A stretch of DNA of 32,000 nucleotides from Candidatus Lokiarchaeum ossiferum (GCA_025839675.1 CP104013.1:3180001-3212000); one strand, 5' to 3'; numbered from the stretch's first letter, positions 1 to 9,550 are shown. The notes: generated from the letters alone by a model not told the origin. Program-made: numbers and translations.

Positions 1-174
1 TAGGACATATTCTCGATGTTTCCAAACGTTGATTATTATTTTCAATTGTCCAAAAATATCTTGAATATTTTCATTGTTTGCTTCTTGTTTTTTGAAAACC
101 CGATCAATTACTTTTTTGATTATATACGGGATTATAATAGTGATTAATCCCAAAATATAAGAAAGCAAGTCCAT
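1..174 (-). CDS. hypothetical protein, N-terminal fragment running off the left edge
   Basis: An ATG at 174..172 on the minus strand opens an uninterrupted 58-codon frame reaching position 1 (MDLLSYILGLITIIIPYIIKKVIDRVFKKQEANNEN...). The N-terminus is a hydrophobic helix. It is absent from the ORF track because it is truncated by the window edge. Confidence 0.35.
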   Translation of the reverse strand, partial: MDLLSYILGLITIIIPYIIKKVIDRVFKKQEANNENIQDIFGQLKIIINVWKHREYVL

Positions 175-355
175 TTGATCTAGTAAGAAAACTTATAGTA
201 TATAAACTTTTAAGATAAAACATTTTATTATAATTTAATCTCTTATGTTGCCTTAGAAACTATTATAATATAGGTAATTATAAGGATTTTTAAATACACA
301 CACGTATAGTATATTGGAGAAAACAATTTGATCTTTTCTTCAATTAGATAATGTG

Positions 356-517
356 ATGGCAATGACAAAAAAACAAGTCACTATAACTCTAGATCATTCT
401 ATTGTACACGAAATGGAGCAGATTCGGGAGGATACAGGTCTCCCAATTAGTACACAAATAGAATTGAAGATGAAAGGATATATTGTCAGAAAAGAACATG
501 AACCAATTGCAAACTAA
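356..517 (+). CDS. small ribbon-helix-helix (CopG/Arc-like) DNA-binding protein, 53 aa
   Basis: The frame starts at ATG 356 (alternatives GTG 353 or ATG 362) and ends at TAA 515-517, below the ORF-track size cut-off. Translation is MAMTKKQVTITLDHSIVHEMEQIREDTGLPISTQIELKMKGYIVRKEHEPIAN. It shows a strand (VTITLD)-helix-helix pattern. T9 runs follow at 529-537 and 547-555. Confidence 0.5.
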   Translation: MAMTKKQVTITLDHSIVHEMEQIREDTGLPISTQIELKMKGYIVRKEHEPIAN

Positions 518-913
518 ATTTTAGGAGGTTTTTTTTTACCAAGCTGTTTTTTTTTCTATATTTTGTTGAGATTACTCAAAAAACTTGGAAGTAATAATAT
601 TTAAATTGTTTGTGGGAATATGATGGGAATCGAAATCATTTTTTCATTAATGCAGATAAGAATTATAATTTGACCCTACTTGATTGCTAATTCAAATTTC
701 AAGATATTCTAGATTTCCTAGGAATACTGATGGCGAATCTATTTTGAAAAAGATAGTGACAATTTTACCAAAATCAAGTCTCCTTCCCATGAAATATCTT
801 TTTTCCAGATTATTTAAAACCGAAAGAGGATGGATTGAGTAAAAAGCAAAAAAAACTAGAACTAAAATTTTTTGCGAACGAAAAGAAAAAATGTAAGAAG
901 ATAATCCTAAACA

Positions 914-1723
914 TTAGATACGGAACTTTTCTCGAAGTAGATTTGATGGTTTAGCATATTGATAGGGTCCACAAATTTTTTTGGTGGAGATGGCCGTTGT
1001 GGGGCAATGATTGTAACAGAACCAACACCCGAAACATTTTTCCTCATCAAATTGGGGGTTTGGGGATAAAGTAATTGCTCCATAGGGACAACCTTTTTCA
1101 CAGATACCACATTTGGTGCATTTTTCAAGATCAACATATTTTTCACCCATATCTTTCTTTGCGGTTTCGGTCGACAACCGGAGAATTTTGCTGAGAATGG
1201 TAGTTATTAAATTTGTTCTAACTTTCGCTGCTGGAAAATTTTCCATTGTTGGATGGGTGGATAATATTAACTTCAATTCGGAAATAAAGGCGTCAAATTT
1301 GGTTAATTCCTGCGAATTTGGAGAATTTTCATAACTTTGACCTCGTTTTATCATTGGAGGGTAATTTTCAGGGAGGTGTAAGGCAAAACTGGCAATCGTA
1401 CGGAACCCTCGCTTTTTTATGGCTTTTGCCAGTGATTTCAAAGTATTTCCTGAAGTGAATCCATGAGTGCTAAGAATGAAAGCAGGTTTATTTGATTGTT
1501 CAGCAATATTTTCCACAAATTGCATGACTAAATGCGAGGGGAGCCAAAAATTAGTAAAAGTTGCAAATCCAATTATTTTGAAATTATCAAGATCAGGAAT
1601 AGTATCATATTTTGCCATGTTAAAAAGTTCGAAGTCAATTTTTGAATTTAATTTGTGGACAAGATAGTTACAAGCAAGTTTAGTGTTACCAGATCCCGAA
1701 TAATAGAAGATTATCCCTCTCAT
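914..1723 (-). CDS. flavodoxin-like domain fused to a 2x[4Fe-4S] ferredoxin domain
   Basis: The N-terminus IIFYYSGSGNTKLA is a flavodoxin-type FMN loop. The C-terminus carries two CxxCxxCxxxCP motifs (CTKCGICEKGCP and CFGCWFCYNHCP). Confidence 0.8.
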   Translation of the reverse strand: MRGIIFYYSGSGNTKLACNYLVHKLNSKIDFELFNMAKYDTIPDLDNFKIIGFATFTNFWLPSHLVMQFVENIAEQSNKPAFILSTHGFTSGNTLKSLAKAIKKRGFRTIASFALHLPENYPPMIKRGQSYENSPNSQELTKFDAFISELKLILSTHPTMENFPAAKVRTNLITTILSKILRLSTETAKKDMGEKYVDLEKCTKCGICEKGCPYGAITLSPNPQFDEEKCFGCWFCYNHCPTTAISTKKICGPYQYAKPSNLLREKFRI

Positions 1724-1845
1724 TTTTTATCCTAATAACCACATTTGCATAATATCATTAAAAATTTTTGCTTAGGGGTATAATGGACTATTGAACCTCG
1801 AGTGCTACTGGAAAATAGGTAGTAAAAAAAGCATCAATGGTCGGA

Positions 1846-2856
1846 TTATTGATATCGCGATTGGCTGATAACATTGACCGTGCGAATAAATTTCTCAGAT
1901 AACTCGTCGTTTCCGATAATGGTCAAAAGAGAATCAACGATATTACGATCTTCACAGAGAACGGGAATGGCACCGTAGGTTAAGGGAAAAAGTGAAACGA
2001 AAGAGATCGGTATTACTATTTCGCTACCAGTATCAGAATCCGCAAATTTCAACTTTCCACTCGGATTACATAAGATACCAAAGAAATTATCTGGATCAAG
2101 ACCAGAAACGCAAAGATATGACACGATTCCGCCAATATTTAATGTATCAGCTTCTTCAACCATTTTTTGAAATCCAACATTAGCGTTTGCACTGAACGCT
2201 TCAACTGTGATGCTAAAATTCGCAGTGCTAACGGCCCGTGCATCAATATTTAATCCACTGGAGTTGACCAAACCATAATAATAGAAAACTGGATTTTGAA
2301 TAGAATCTAGAATAGTGCTGATATTCTGAACAAGTTCCAATTCTTGATAATTTTCTGAAAAATAAGCACCTTTAGCGATATCAGACCCCATTCCACATAG
2401 ATAGATAGCACTTCGGACATTATTGCTAAAGAGTTCAACTTCTTGATCTGTGATTTTACCAGAACCAAAATTATCATCAATTTCCTTCCGGAGATGATAA
2501 ATACTCGATCCAATATTATCAGCATTCAAGGGCCACTCCTGGTTATGATCGTGAACAATAGTCAAAAGCGTTTGTTGGATTCGAATGGTGATTAAACAAA
2601 TCTTTTCAAAAAATGAAAAAGCAATTATTTGGTCTCGAATTCCTAAATCATTCCAATTTTCTTCACTCGAAGAGAACGCAGCAGATGATATACTTGTAAT
2701 TGCATTACTATCGAGTTTAAGGTCAGTGTTTCTTCCTGTTTTAGCAATGGATAGTCCATTTTCATCACTTAAAAGAGCCATAATTGTTGCTTTAGATGAC
2801 CGTAAAATTGAAGAGAGATGTTTTACCAGATTTTCCCGAACGCTCATGATTTTCAA
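1846..2856 (-). CDS. tandem Roadblock/LC7 (MglB-like) domain protein, 336 aa
   Basis: The N-terminal half (LSSILRSSKATIMALLSDENGLSIAKTG...AITSISSAAFS...) and the C-terminal half (NPVFYYYGLVNSSGLNIDARAV...EAFSANANVGFQKM...) each follow the Roadblock pattern. It has the same length and architecture as the 11763..12764 product. The start is TTG 2856 or ATG 2847, directly after an in-frame stop. Confidence 0.7.
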   Translation of the reverse strand: MKIMSVRENLVKHLSSILRSSKATIMALLSDENGLSIAKTGRNTDLKLDSNAITSISSAAFSSSEENWNDLGIRDQIIAFSFFEKICLITIRIQQTLLTIVHDHNQEWPLNADNIGSSIYHLRKEIDDNFGSGKITDQEVELFSNNVRSAIYLCGMGSDIAKGAYFSENYQELELVQNISTILDSIQNPVFYYYGLVNSSGLNIDARAVSTANFSITVEAFSANANVGFQKMVEEADTLNIGGIVSYLCVSGLDPDNFFGILCNPSGKLKFADSDTGSEIVIPISFVSLFPLTYGAIPVLCEDRNIVDSLLTIIGNDELSEKFIRTVNVISQSRYQ

Positions 2857-3020
2857 CTAATCTATAGATAATTAATATTGTATTGCGCGACCTTATTATT
2901 ATTTCTATTGGCAGAAGTGAATTTCTTTCAACAAAAAAAAAAGGGAAATGAAGCGAGGGGAGGGGTTTCTGTTTATGATGAAAAAAGAGAACAAGAAAAT
3001 AATAAGAATCTAGGAAAAAA

Positions 3021-3106
3021 GTGCGGGGAGAGGGCTTCGAACCCTCGCGCCTCTACAGGACTGGATCCTAAGTCCAGCATCGTGGACCAGACTTGATTAT
3101 CCCCGC
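3021..3106 (-). tRNA. tRNA-Leu (anticodon UAG), class II with long variable arm
   Basis: The minus strand reads GCGGGGA...CTGGA-CTTAGGA-TCCAG...GAGGG-TTCGAAG-CCCTC-TCCCCGC-A. It has a 7-bp acceptor stem and a canonical T-loop. CCA is not encoded, and an oligo-T run follows. Confidence 0.9.
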
Positions 3107-3189
3107 AATCATGAAATTACAAAAAAACCAAATTTCTAAATAAATGGAGTTTTACAAATAATATAAAAATTCTGATAGGATTCATTTCA

Positions 3190-3639
3190 ATGACTGAGAA
3201 CCAAATAAAACTATATGGAGTGCATTTAAACCAAGATGATCCAAAAAAAAATACGGTATTGAAATTAGCAAAATATAAATTAGTTACTATAAGGAAGAAG
3301 ATTTATCATTGTCCTCGAAAGGCAATAATTTTAGATCCTTTTTCTCCGATTCAATTTTCATTAAAAGACCGAGATATGGTGGCGAAATATGGAATAATTG
3401 TTATAGATTGTTCGTGGGAACAGACGGAATCGATTTTCAAACAAAATTTTCAATTTGGAAGAAGTTTGCCTCATTTATTGGCAGCAAATACGGTCAATTA
3501 TGGAAAATGGGATCGTCTTAGCTCTGCTGAAGCATTAGCTGCGGCGATGTATCTTTCAGGGTTTCAAGATCAGGCAAAATTCACATTATCAAAATTTTCT
3601 TGGGGGAGCGAATTTTTCAAAATAAATAATTTTCAATAA
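3190..3639 (+). CDS. tsr3: 16S rRNA aminocarboxypropyltransferase Tsr3 (DUF367 family)
   Basis: Family-typical strings are present: KLYGVHLNQDDPKKNTVLKLAKYKLV, IVIDCSWEQ and LPHLLAANTVNYGKWDRLSSAEALAAAMYLSGF. Confidence 0.85.
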   Translation: MTENQIKLYGVHLNQDDPKKNTVLKLAKYKLVTIRKKIYHCPRKAIILDPFSPIQFSLKDRDMVAKYGIIVIDCSWEQTESIFKQNFQFGRSLPHLLAANTVNYGKWDRLSSAEALAAAMYLSGFQDQAKFTLSKFSWGSEFFKINNFQ

Positions 3640-3671
3640 ACAAAAACAAAAAACGGAAATAAAAAAAGGAA

Positions 3672-5270
3672 CTACTTTTTACCTGAAGATCGTATGTAAT
3701 CATCAATACGAATAAATATTATTGCTAATTCCGTTGCAAGAGAAAAAATCTGCTTTTTTATTATCATCGGTTCAATAATGCCGTGATCGACTGCATTAAT
3801 TATTTCTCCTGTATAAGCATCATAACCCATATATTGATTTTTGCCGTAATTAGTTTGAGATCTAAGTGTAGTAATAATATCCAAGGGATCTTTTCCAGAA
3901 TTTTCCACAATTATCTTGGGAATAATCTCTAAGGAATCGGCAAATTGTTCAATAGCAATTTGTTCTTTTCCTCCAATTTTTTCACCATAAATAAGAATTC
4001 GTTTTCGTAACTCAATTTCTATTGATCCTGCACCACCAACTATTTTGGGTGTTTCGATTAAACTCTTCAATACAGAAAGACCATTTTTGATTGCACGTTC
4101 TGCATCATCAACAATAAGTTCAGTTCCCCCGCGAATTAAAAGAGTAACCGACTTGGCTTTATTACATCCTTCAATAAAGATCATATTATCCTGCCCGATT
4201 TTCTGCTCTGAAATCATCTGAGCATCCCCTAAATCATCCATGGTGATATTTTTAATTTGTGTAATTATCTTAGCTCCGGATGCACGGGCAATTTTTTTCA
4301 TATCAGACTGTTTTATCCTTCGAACCGCAATAATACCACTTTTTGCAAGATAATGTTGAGCCATTTCATCTATTCCTTTTTGACAAAAAACAGCGGTTGC
4401 ACCAGCATCTGAAATAGAATCGACGAGGTCTTTTAGCATAGATTCTTCTTTTTTTAGATATCCATCAATTTCTTCAGGAGAAGTAATCTGAATTTCGGAA
4501 CTGAAATCGGTTTTAACAATCTCTAAAGCACCATCAATCAAGGCAATTTTAGCATTTTTTACGAGTTTAGGCATCATAGGGTTCACAATTTCTTTATCTA
4601 CGATGATCCCTTCTATCATTTGGGAATTTATCAATCCTTCTCCTTCTTTTTTCACGATTTGAATATTATCCAAATCAATATAGGATTGATCGCCCCGAGT
4701 TTCTCGAATGTGGTCAATAGCATCAGCAATCATATTTGCAAATTCTATTTTTGAATCTTCCATAGATTTACTATTTAATGCTGTTATAGCTGCTTTTTGG
4801 AGGATGTTCTTATCAGATGTATTAACTGTAATTGAAATTTGGTCTAAAATATTCTTAGTTTCGTTGATAGCGTGAATGAAACCTTCATATATCAATGTTG
4901 GGGAAAGCTCCATTTCGATCATTTCTTGAACTCTAGCCATGAGATCACCAATAAATATTACCGCTGAACTGGCTCCATCCCCTGTATTTTTGTGTATGGT
5001 TTTAGATAAATCTACAATCATTTTGGCCGCTGGATTTTCTACACCCAATTCTTCCAAAATCTTAGCACCATCACCTGTCACAGTGACATCTCCGAGAGTA
5101 TCGACCAACATTTTGTTTAATCCTTTTGGACCAAGAGTAGTCCTAATTGATTCCGCAATGGCTTTAATTGCTTCGATATTTGTAATTAATGCACTTTTTC
5201 CCTTAATTTGTTGTGAACCCTCACGTAATATCATTACTGGATTTCCTGATAAATTTGACATTTGAATCAC
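3672..5270 (-). CDS. ths: thermosome subunit (group II chaperonin, Cpn60/TCP-1 family)
   Basis: It contains TLGPKGLNKMLVD and NTGDGASSAVIFIG (the nucleotide-binding GDGTT-type motif), VGGAGSIEIEL, and is 532 aa. The true start may be the internal MSNLSGNP. Confidence 0.95.
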   Translation of the reverse strand: MIQMSNLSGNPVMILREGSQQIKGKSALITNIEAIKAIAESIRTTLGPKGLNKMLVDTLGDVTVTGDGAKILEELGVENPAAKMIVDLSKTIHKNTGDGASSAVIFIGDLMARVQEMIEMELSPTLIYEGFIHAINETKNILDQISITVNTSDKNILQKAAITALNSKSMEDSKIEFANMIADAIDHIRETRGDQSYIDLDNIQIVKKEGEGLINSQMIEGIIVDKEIVNPMMPKLVKNAKIALIDGALEIVKTDFSSEIQITSPEEIDGYLKKEESMLKDLVDSISDAGATAVFCQKGIDEMAQHYLAKSGIIAVRRIKQSDMKKIARASGAKIITQIKNITMDDLGDAQMISEQKIGQDNMIFIEGCNKAKSVTLLIRGGTELIVDDAERAIKNGLSVLKSLIETPKIVGGAGSIEIELRKRILIYGEKIGGKEQIAIEQFADSLEIIPKIIVENSGKDPLDIITTLRSQTNYGKNQYMGYDAYTGEIINAVDHGIIEPMIIKKQIFSLATELAIIFIRIDDYIRSSGKK

Positions 5271-5327
5271 TTTTTTTTTTAATTAGGAAGTCTAAGTCAC
5301 TAAAAATTTTAAAATTTTTCAATAATT

Positions 5328-8012
5328 GTGAAAACAAAAATCGGTTTTTTTATAAATTGTTCTAGAGAGAAGAATAGTGTTCATATTGGAGATTATACAA
5401 TGAATCTTTTCGTAATATTTTCTTCTTTCGAAATGATGCTTTCTTATACAAATATAGTAATAGGAATCATTCTTTTGATTAAACAAATTCATGATATAAG
5501 AAGAAATGTAATTTCTCGAATTCTTACATTTACAAAAACATACTTTCTTTTTATTTTGATAAATTGTTGTTTATCGATTTTTGATTCACTAATTTATCCA
5601 GAAAGGACGTTATATTATGTTTATATTTTGATATTTCTAGGTATTGGAAATATAATCTTTTATTTTAAGTTAAGACCAAAAAATATTCCAAATTTGCTTT
5701 TAAAAAAACCTGAATTGAAATCTTATCCAAGGGGAAAAGTGAGAATTGGAACAATTTTCCATGAACAAAAAATATTGAAGAAATTTAAACTTAACATTGA
5801 AGATATAAAGAGACATATTATTATCTATGGTCAAACAGGAACAGGAAAAACATGGTTTTTAAAAAATTTTCTATATCAATTTTCAAAAAATTTTCCAGAA
5901 ATACCTTTTATGTTATTTGAATTTAAGGGAGAATATTCAGATTTATCAAGCACTATTTCGAATGTAGATATTATTCGTCCTGGAGAAAACTTTAAAATTA
6001 ATTTATTTGATTGTGATATATTTCAGAAAGAGATATATGTTGAAATATTGTTTGATAGCTTAAAATCTTGTCAAATAATTGAAGGAAATGCGGATTTTTC
6101 CCCCCAAATGGAAAAAGTATTAGTCGATGTATTAAAAAAAGTATGTTTCGATTCAAAAAATCAATCATGGAATACATTATTTACTATTATGGACGAATAT
6201 GCAGTTCAAAATGTACGAAACATCCCAATGTTAAATCAAACAATCATAAGTATAAAGAATAGATTACGTCGATATGCCTCAGGCACACTTTCATCTCTTT
6301 TCAATTTCAGTGAAGATTCTGATCATATATCTGATTTATTATCAAAGAATTGCGTTATTGATCTTGGCCATATACTTAAATTGGGAGGATCTAAAGAGGA
6401 TGTAATTTTTTTTGCAAATCTAATTCTTAAATGGATTTGGGAATTTAATATGAAAAAAAATCCATCAGATAGCCTGAACCACATCACCATTTTTGAAGAT
6501 GCTTCTTATATTGCTTCAAGAAAGCTTTTAGAAACCTCACACTTATCAACTTATTTAGAGGATATTGCACTACTTTTACGAGGTAAAGGAGAAGCGCTTA
6601 TAACACTAACAACTACTTTGGATATTAGCAAAAACATCATTTTAAATTCTGGAACGAAATTTTTTTTTAAATTTAATGAAAATCCTGAAGATATTAATTA
6701 TTTTATTGGATTAAAAAGTCAAGATCATATTGATATTAATGCCCTTAATATTGGTTTTTGTTTAGCAAAAATCGATTCTATTTCAGAGGTTTTTCTATTA
6801 AAAGGAGAAACTCTTAGAAATGATAAGAAGAGAATTAAAAGAAAGGAAAAAATAGTGACCCAAAGGAAGAACAATATTTCATGTAAAAAAAATAAAAAAA
6901 AAAAAGATTTCTCACAATTGGATGCAAATAACAAAGTTTTGAAATCTAAATCAAGAATTATAAATGAAGAATCTAATCATGAGGGGTGTGCAAATGAAAT
7001 GCAAATAAATAAGGATGAAACTCACTTTTCACTAACTAAATTGATACAGCAGGCAGAAGAATTGTATTTGATTGAGAATTATAGGCAATCAACAGAAATA
7101 CTTTCCATTGTACTCCATGATCTAAAAAAAAATTCAAAAAATTTCATAAATATAGACCATAATCCCGATATTATTAACGAAATAAATGATATCATTGATA
7201 AGAAAATTGAAAAAACATTGGAAAATGAAGTCCTTAGTTCCAATGAAATTTTAAACGTGTTAAATATAACAAAAAGGATAAATCAGAAATATTTTTTGAA
7301 TAAAATAGAAGTTTCAAAGCCTTTGGAACAAAATCATCTCCCCTTATTAAACCAAAACCCCATGTTGAAAAAAAAAGTGGACATAATTCAAACAGAAAAG
7401 AAAATTAATAACCAGAGTTCTTCAGCTCCAGGAATCATGTTGTTTTATTTCAATATGATCACAGGACCAGAAAAATATTATGAGATCAATAAACTTAAAC
7501 TGCCAGATCATATAGAACAAAAAATTGCAAAAAGTATGGACACGAATTCAGGAGAATTTTGCTTGGAAATTGAAGGTTACTTTTTTTATATAAATATTTT
7601 CAGCATAGAATCAATATGGGCGCGTGGAAAAGAAGAAATAATTCAATTAGTCATTTTTTATAATTTAACTGAATTTAATAAGAATTTTATGTTATCTCGA
7701 CTAAAAAAAAAAACTCATTCTCTAATTAAAGCCCTAAAACAAAGAAAGACATTATTCTATGCATTTTATTTACTGGATCCCACCAAAATGCTTATTAAAG
7801 GTGAGGAAATTAAGAAAGAAAGCATTTTCATTAAGATGGAAGTAAAAAAAATATATAATCATTTCGTGTATCAGAATAATTCGAAACACAAAATTGAAGC
7901 CATTTTCAACAAAGAATATAGATTGGACAACATAGATTTCGAGTATTTTAATTCTATCATAGAAGAATTATTATTAATTGAAAAAAGCAACCCATCCTTC
8001 AATTCAAAATAA
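5328..8012 (+). CDS. membrane-anchored HerA/FtsK-superfamily (DUF87-like) P-loop ATPase with long C-terminal extension
   Basis: There are three N-terminal hydrophobic helices, followed by RIGTIF...HIIIYGQTGTGKT (Walker A), ITIFEDASYI (Walker B) and LLLRGKGEALITLTTT. A Lys-rich linker and about 370 further residues of unknown function come next. The start is GTG 5328 or, more likely, ATG 5400. Confidence 0.7.
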   Translation: MKTKIGFFINCSREKNSVHIGDYTMNLFVIFSSFEMMLSYTNIVIGIILLIKQIHDIRRNVISRILTFTKTYFLFILINCCLSIFDSLIYPERTLYYVYILIFLGIGNIIFYFKLRPKNIPNLLLKKPELKSYPRGKVRIGTIFHEQKILKKFKLNIEDIKRHIIIYGQTGTGKTWFLKNFLYQFSKNFPEIPFMLFEFKGEYSDLSSTISNVDIIRPGENFKINLFDCDIFQKEIYVEILFDSLKSCQIIEGNADFSPQMEKVLVDVLKKVCFDSKNQSWNTLFTIMDEYAVQNVRNIPMLNQTIISIKNRLRRYASGTLSSLFNFSEDSDHISDLLSKNCVIDLGHILKLGGSKEDVIFFANLILKWIWEFNMKKNPSDSLNHITIFEDASYIASRKLLETSHLSTYLEDIALLLRGKGEALITLTTTLDISKNIILNSGTKFFFKFNENPEDINYFIGLKSQDHIDINALNIGFCLAKIDSISEVFLLKGETLRNDKKRIKRKEKIVTQRKNNISCKKNKKKKDFSQLDANNKVLKSKSRIINEESNHEGCANEMQINKDETHFSLTKLIQQAEELYLIENYRQSTEILSIVLHDLKKNSKNFINIDHNPDIINEINDIIDKKIEKTLENEVLSSNEILNVLNITKRINQKYFLNKIEVSKPLEQNHLPLLNQNPMLKKKVDIIQTEKKINNQSSSAPGIMLFYFNMITGPEKYYEINKLKLPDHIEQKIAKSMDTNSGEFCLEIEGYFFYINIFSIESIWARGKEEIIQLVIFYNLTEFNKNFMLSRLKKKTHSLIKALKQRKTLFYAFYLLDPTKMLIKGEEIKKESIFIKMEVKKIYNHFVYQNNSKHKIEAIFNKEYRLDNIDFEYFNSIIEELLLIEKSNPSFNSK

Positions 8013-8041
8013 TTTTAATCTAAATAATATATATATAACTT

Positions 8042-9256
8042 ATGTTAATTGGAATTGTAGGAAAACCTTCTTCAGGGAAAAGTACCTTCTTAAATGCAGC
8101 ATGTCTAACCAATGCGAAAACTGCGAATTATCCATTCACTACGATAAAACCTAATGTGGGTAAATCCGCTATTCGTGTGAAATGTGTTTGCAAAGAGTTT
8201 TCAGTTGATGATAATCCCAAAAATTCCCAATGCATCAATGGAGAACGTTTTATTCCAATTAAATTATTAGATGTTGCGGGATTGGTTCCAGATGCTCATT
8301 TAAATAAAGGAAGAGGAAATCAATTTCTATCCGATCTCTCGAGAGCAGATGTATTGATTCATGTAATTGATATATCTGGAAGTTTAAATGCTGAAGGACA
8401 AGATGTCAAAAAAGGAAGCCACAATCCAATGGATGATGTTTTATTTTTAGAAAAAGAAATCAATTATTGGTTTCGGGAGATCATTACTCGAAAAGATTGG
8501 GGAAAATTTGTTCGAAAAATCGAGCAAGAAAAATTATCGTTCCTTGAAATGTTATTAGAGAGATTATCAGGAATTTCTATCAAAAAAGAACATATTATCA
8601 AAGCTATGCAAGAACTAAACTTGGATTTTGAACATTTAACTATGTGGTCCGACGAAGATATCTTGAATTTTGCATCAAAACTACGGCAAGTATCAAAACC
8701 AATTTTGATCGTTGCCAACAAGATAGACACACCATATAGCGCAAAAATTTACGATAATTTAAAAACTCAGTTGAAACAAAGGATAATTCCATGCAGTGCA
8801 TTGGCAGAATATTGGTTGAGGCAATTCGAACAACGTAATGTAATTGAATATTTGCCAGGAGACAATTCTTTTAAAATAACTAATCCTGATTTAATAACAC
8901 CCACTGAGATAAAATCTTTGGAAGAAATTCAAAAAAAAATCCTTGACAAGTATGAGGGAACGGGAGTTCAGAAAGTTCTTAATTCTGCAGTTTTAGAAGT
9001 GCTAGATAATATTGTTGCTTATCCTGTTTATGATCTTCATAATTTTTCAGACAAAGACGGAAATGTTTTTCCAGATGCATATATTGTGCAAAACGGAACC
9101 AAACTAAAAGAGTTTGTGAATGATAAAATCCATTCAGATTTAGCCAAAAATTTTATTTATGGAATAAATGGGCGCACAAAAATGAGATTGGGGGAAAATT
9201 ATGAATTACAAAATAATGACGTCATTAAAATAGTATCCGCAGCAAAATCAAAATGA
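8042..9256 (+). CDS. Obg/YchF-class GTPase, Ygr210-like, with C-terminal TGS domain
   Basis: G1 is GIVGKPSSGKST. It also has YPFTTIKPNVG, G3 DVAGLV and G4 NKID. The C-terminal ...GENYELQNNDVIKIVSA is TGS-like. The protein is 404 aa. Confidence 0.8.
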   Translation: MLIGIVGKPSSGKSTFLNAACLTNAKTANYPFTTIKPNVGKSAIRVKCVCKEFSVDDNPKNSQCINGERFIPIKLLDVAGLVPDAHLNKGRGNQFLSDLSRADVLIHVIDISGSLNAEGQDVKKGSHNPMDDVLFLEKEINYWFREIITRKDWGKFVRKIEQEKLSFLEMLLERLSGISIKKEHIIKAMQELNLDFEHLTMWSDEDILNFASKLRQVSKPILIVANKIDTPYSAKIYDNLKTQLKQRIIPCSALAEYWLRQFEQRNVIEYLPGDNSFKITNPDLITPTEIKSLEEIQKKILDKYEGTGVQKVLNSAVLEVLDNIVAYPVYDLHNFSDKDGNVFPDAYIVQNGTKLKEFVNDKIHSDLAKNFIYGINGRTKMRLGENYELQNNDVIKIVSAAKSK

Positions 9257-9550
9257 AAAAAAATTAGTTGTTTTCTTTGGATGAAAGTCCGACATATACC
9301 AGTAAAAGAATGATTAATCCAGCACTGAATAATTGTAATATCAATTTATAATTATCCATAGACCAATTAGATAATTGCATAGGTAAAAAGACCATGAATT
9401 AAAAGAAAGATCGAATAAATAAAAAAAAATTGGTACAAAATTAAGCTAACATTCTGTAGAGCTAAAAAACTCGCAATAATAGCCAATAGAAATTTTATTA
9501 CAAAAAGTTTATTACTAATTTAAAAAAAGAAATTTGAAAAATGCTAAAAG

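Noticed and set aside
2878-3096. 72-aa plus-strand ORF
   Set aside because: It overlaps tRNA-Leu (3021-3106) and an AT-rich intergenic region. Its composition is low-complexity and it has no SD or promoter logic.
4939-5265. 108-aa ORF antisense to the thermosome gene, and similar antisense or overlapping ORFs (907-1146, 1113-1334, 1467-1667, 1992-2183, 2307-2525, 2585-2860, 3309-3521, 6725-6934, 8464-8730, 12065-12280, 16460-16645, 18197-18385, 18325-18510, 19541-19726, 27607-27810, 28279-28488, 29863-30051, 31575-31787)
   Set aside because: Each is nested within, or antisense to, a much longer gene that has clear family signatures. None has independent motifs.
9264-9359. 31-aa hydrophobic minus-strand mini-ORF (MDNYKLILQLFSAGLIILLLVYVGLSSKENN) downstream of tRNA-Ala
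   Set aside because: It is too short, has no SD, and cannot be told apart from chance in AT-rich DNA without expression or conservation data.
9279-9457. RNase P RNA-like motifs: GGATGAAAGTCCGAC (plus strand, 9279-9293; compare CR-I GAGGAAAGUCC) and ACAGAATGTTAGCTTA (minus strand, 9457-9442; compare ACAGAAnnnGGCUUA)
   Set aside because: The two motifs are on opposite strands. The interval is very AT-rich with no supporting helices, and there is too little room before tRNA-Ala. I treat them as chance matches. Similar AAGTCCGC and ACAGAA strings at 14904 and 14974 fall inside the SRP RNA on the wrong strand.
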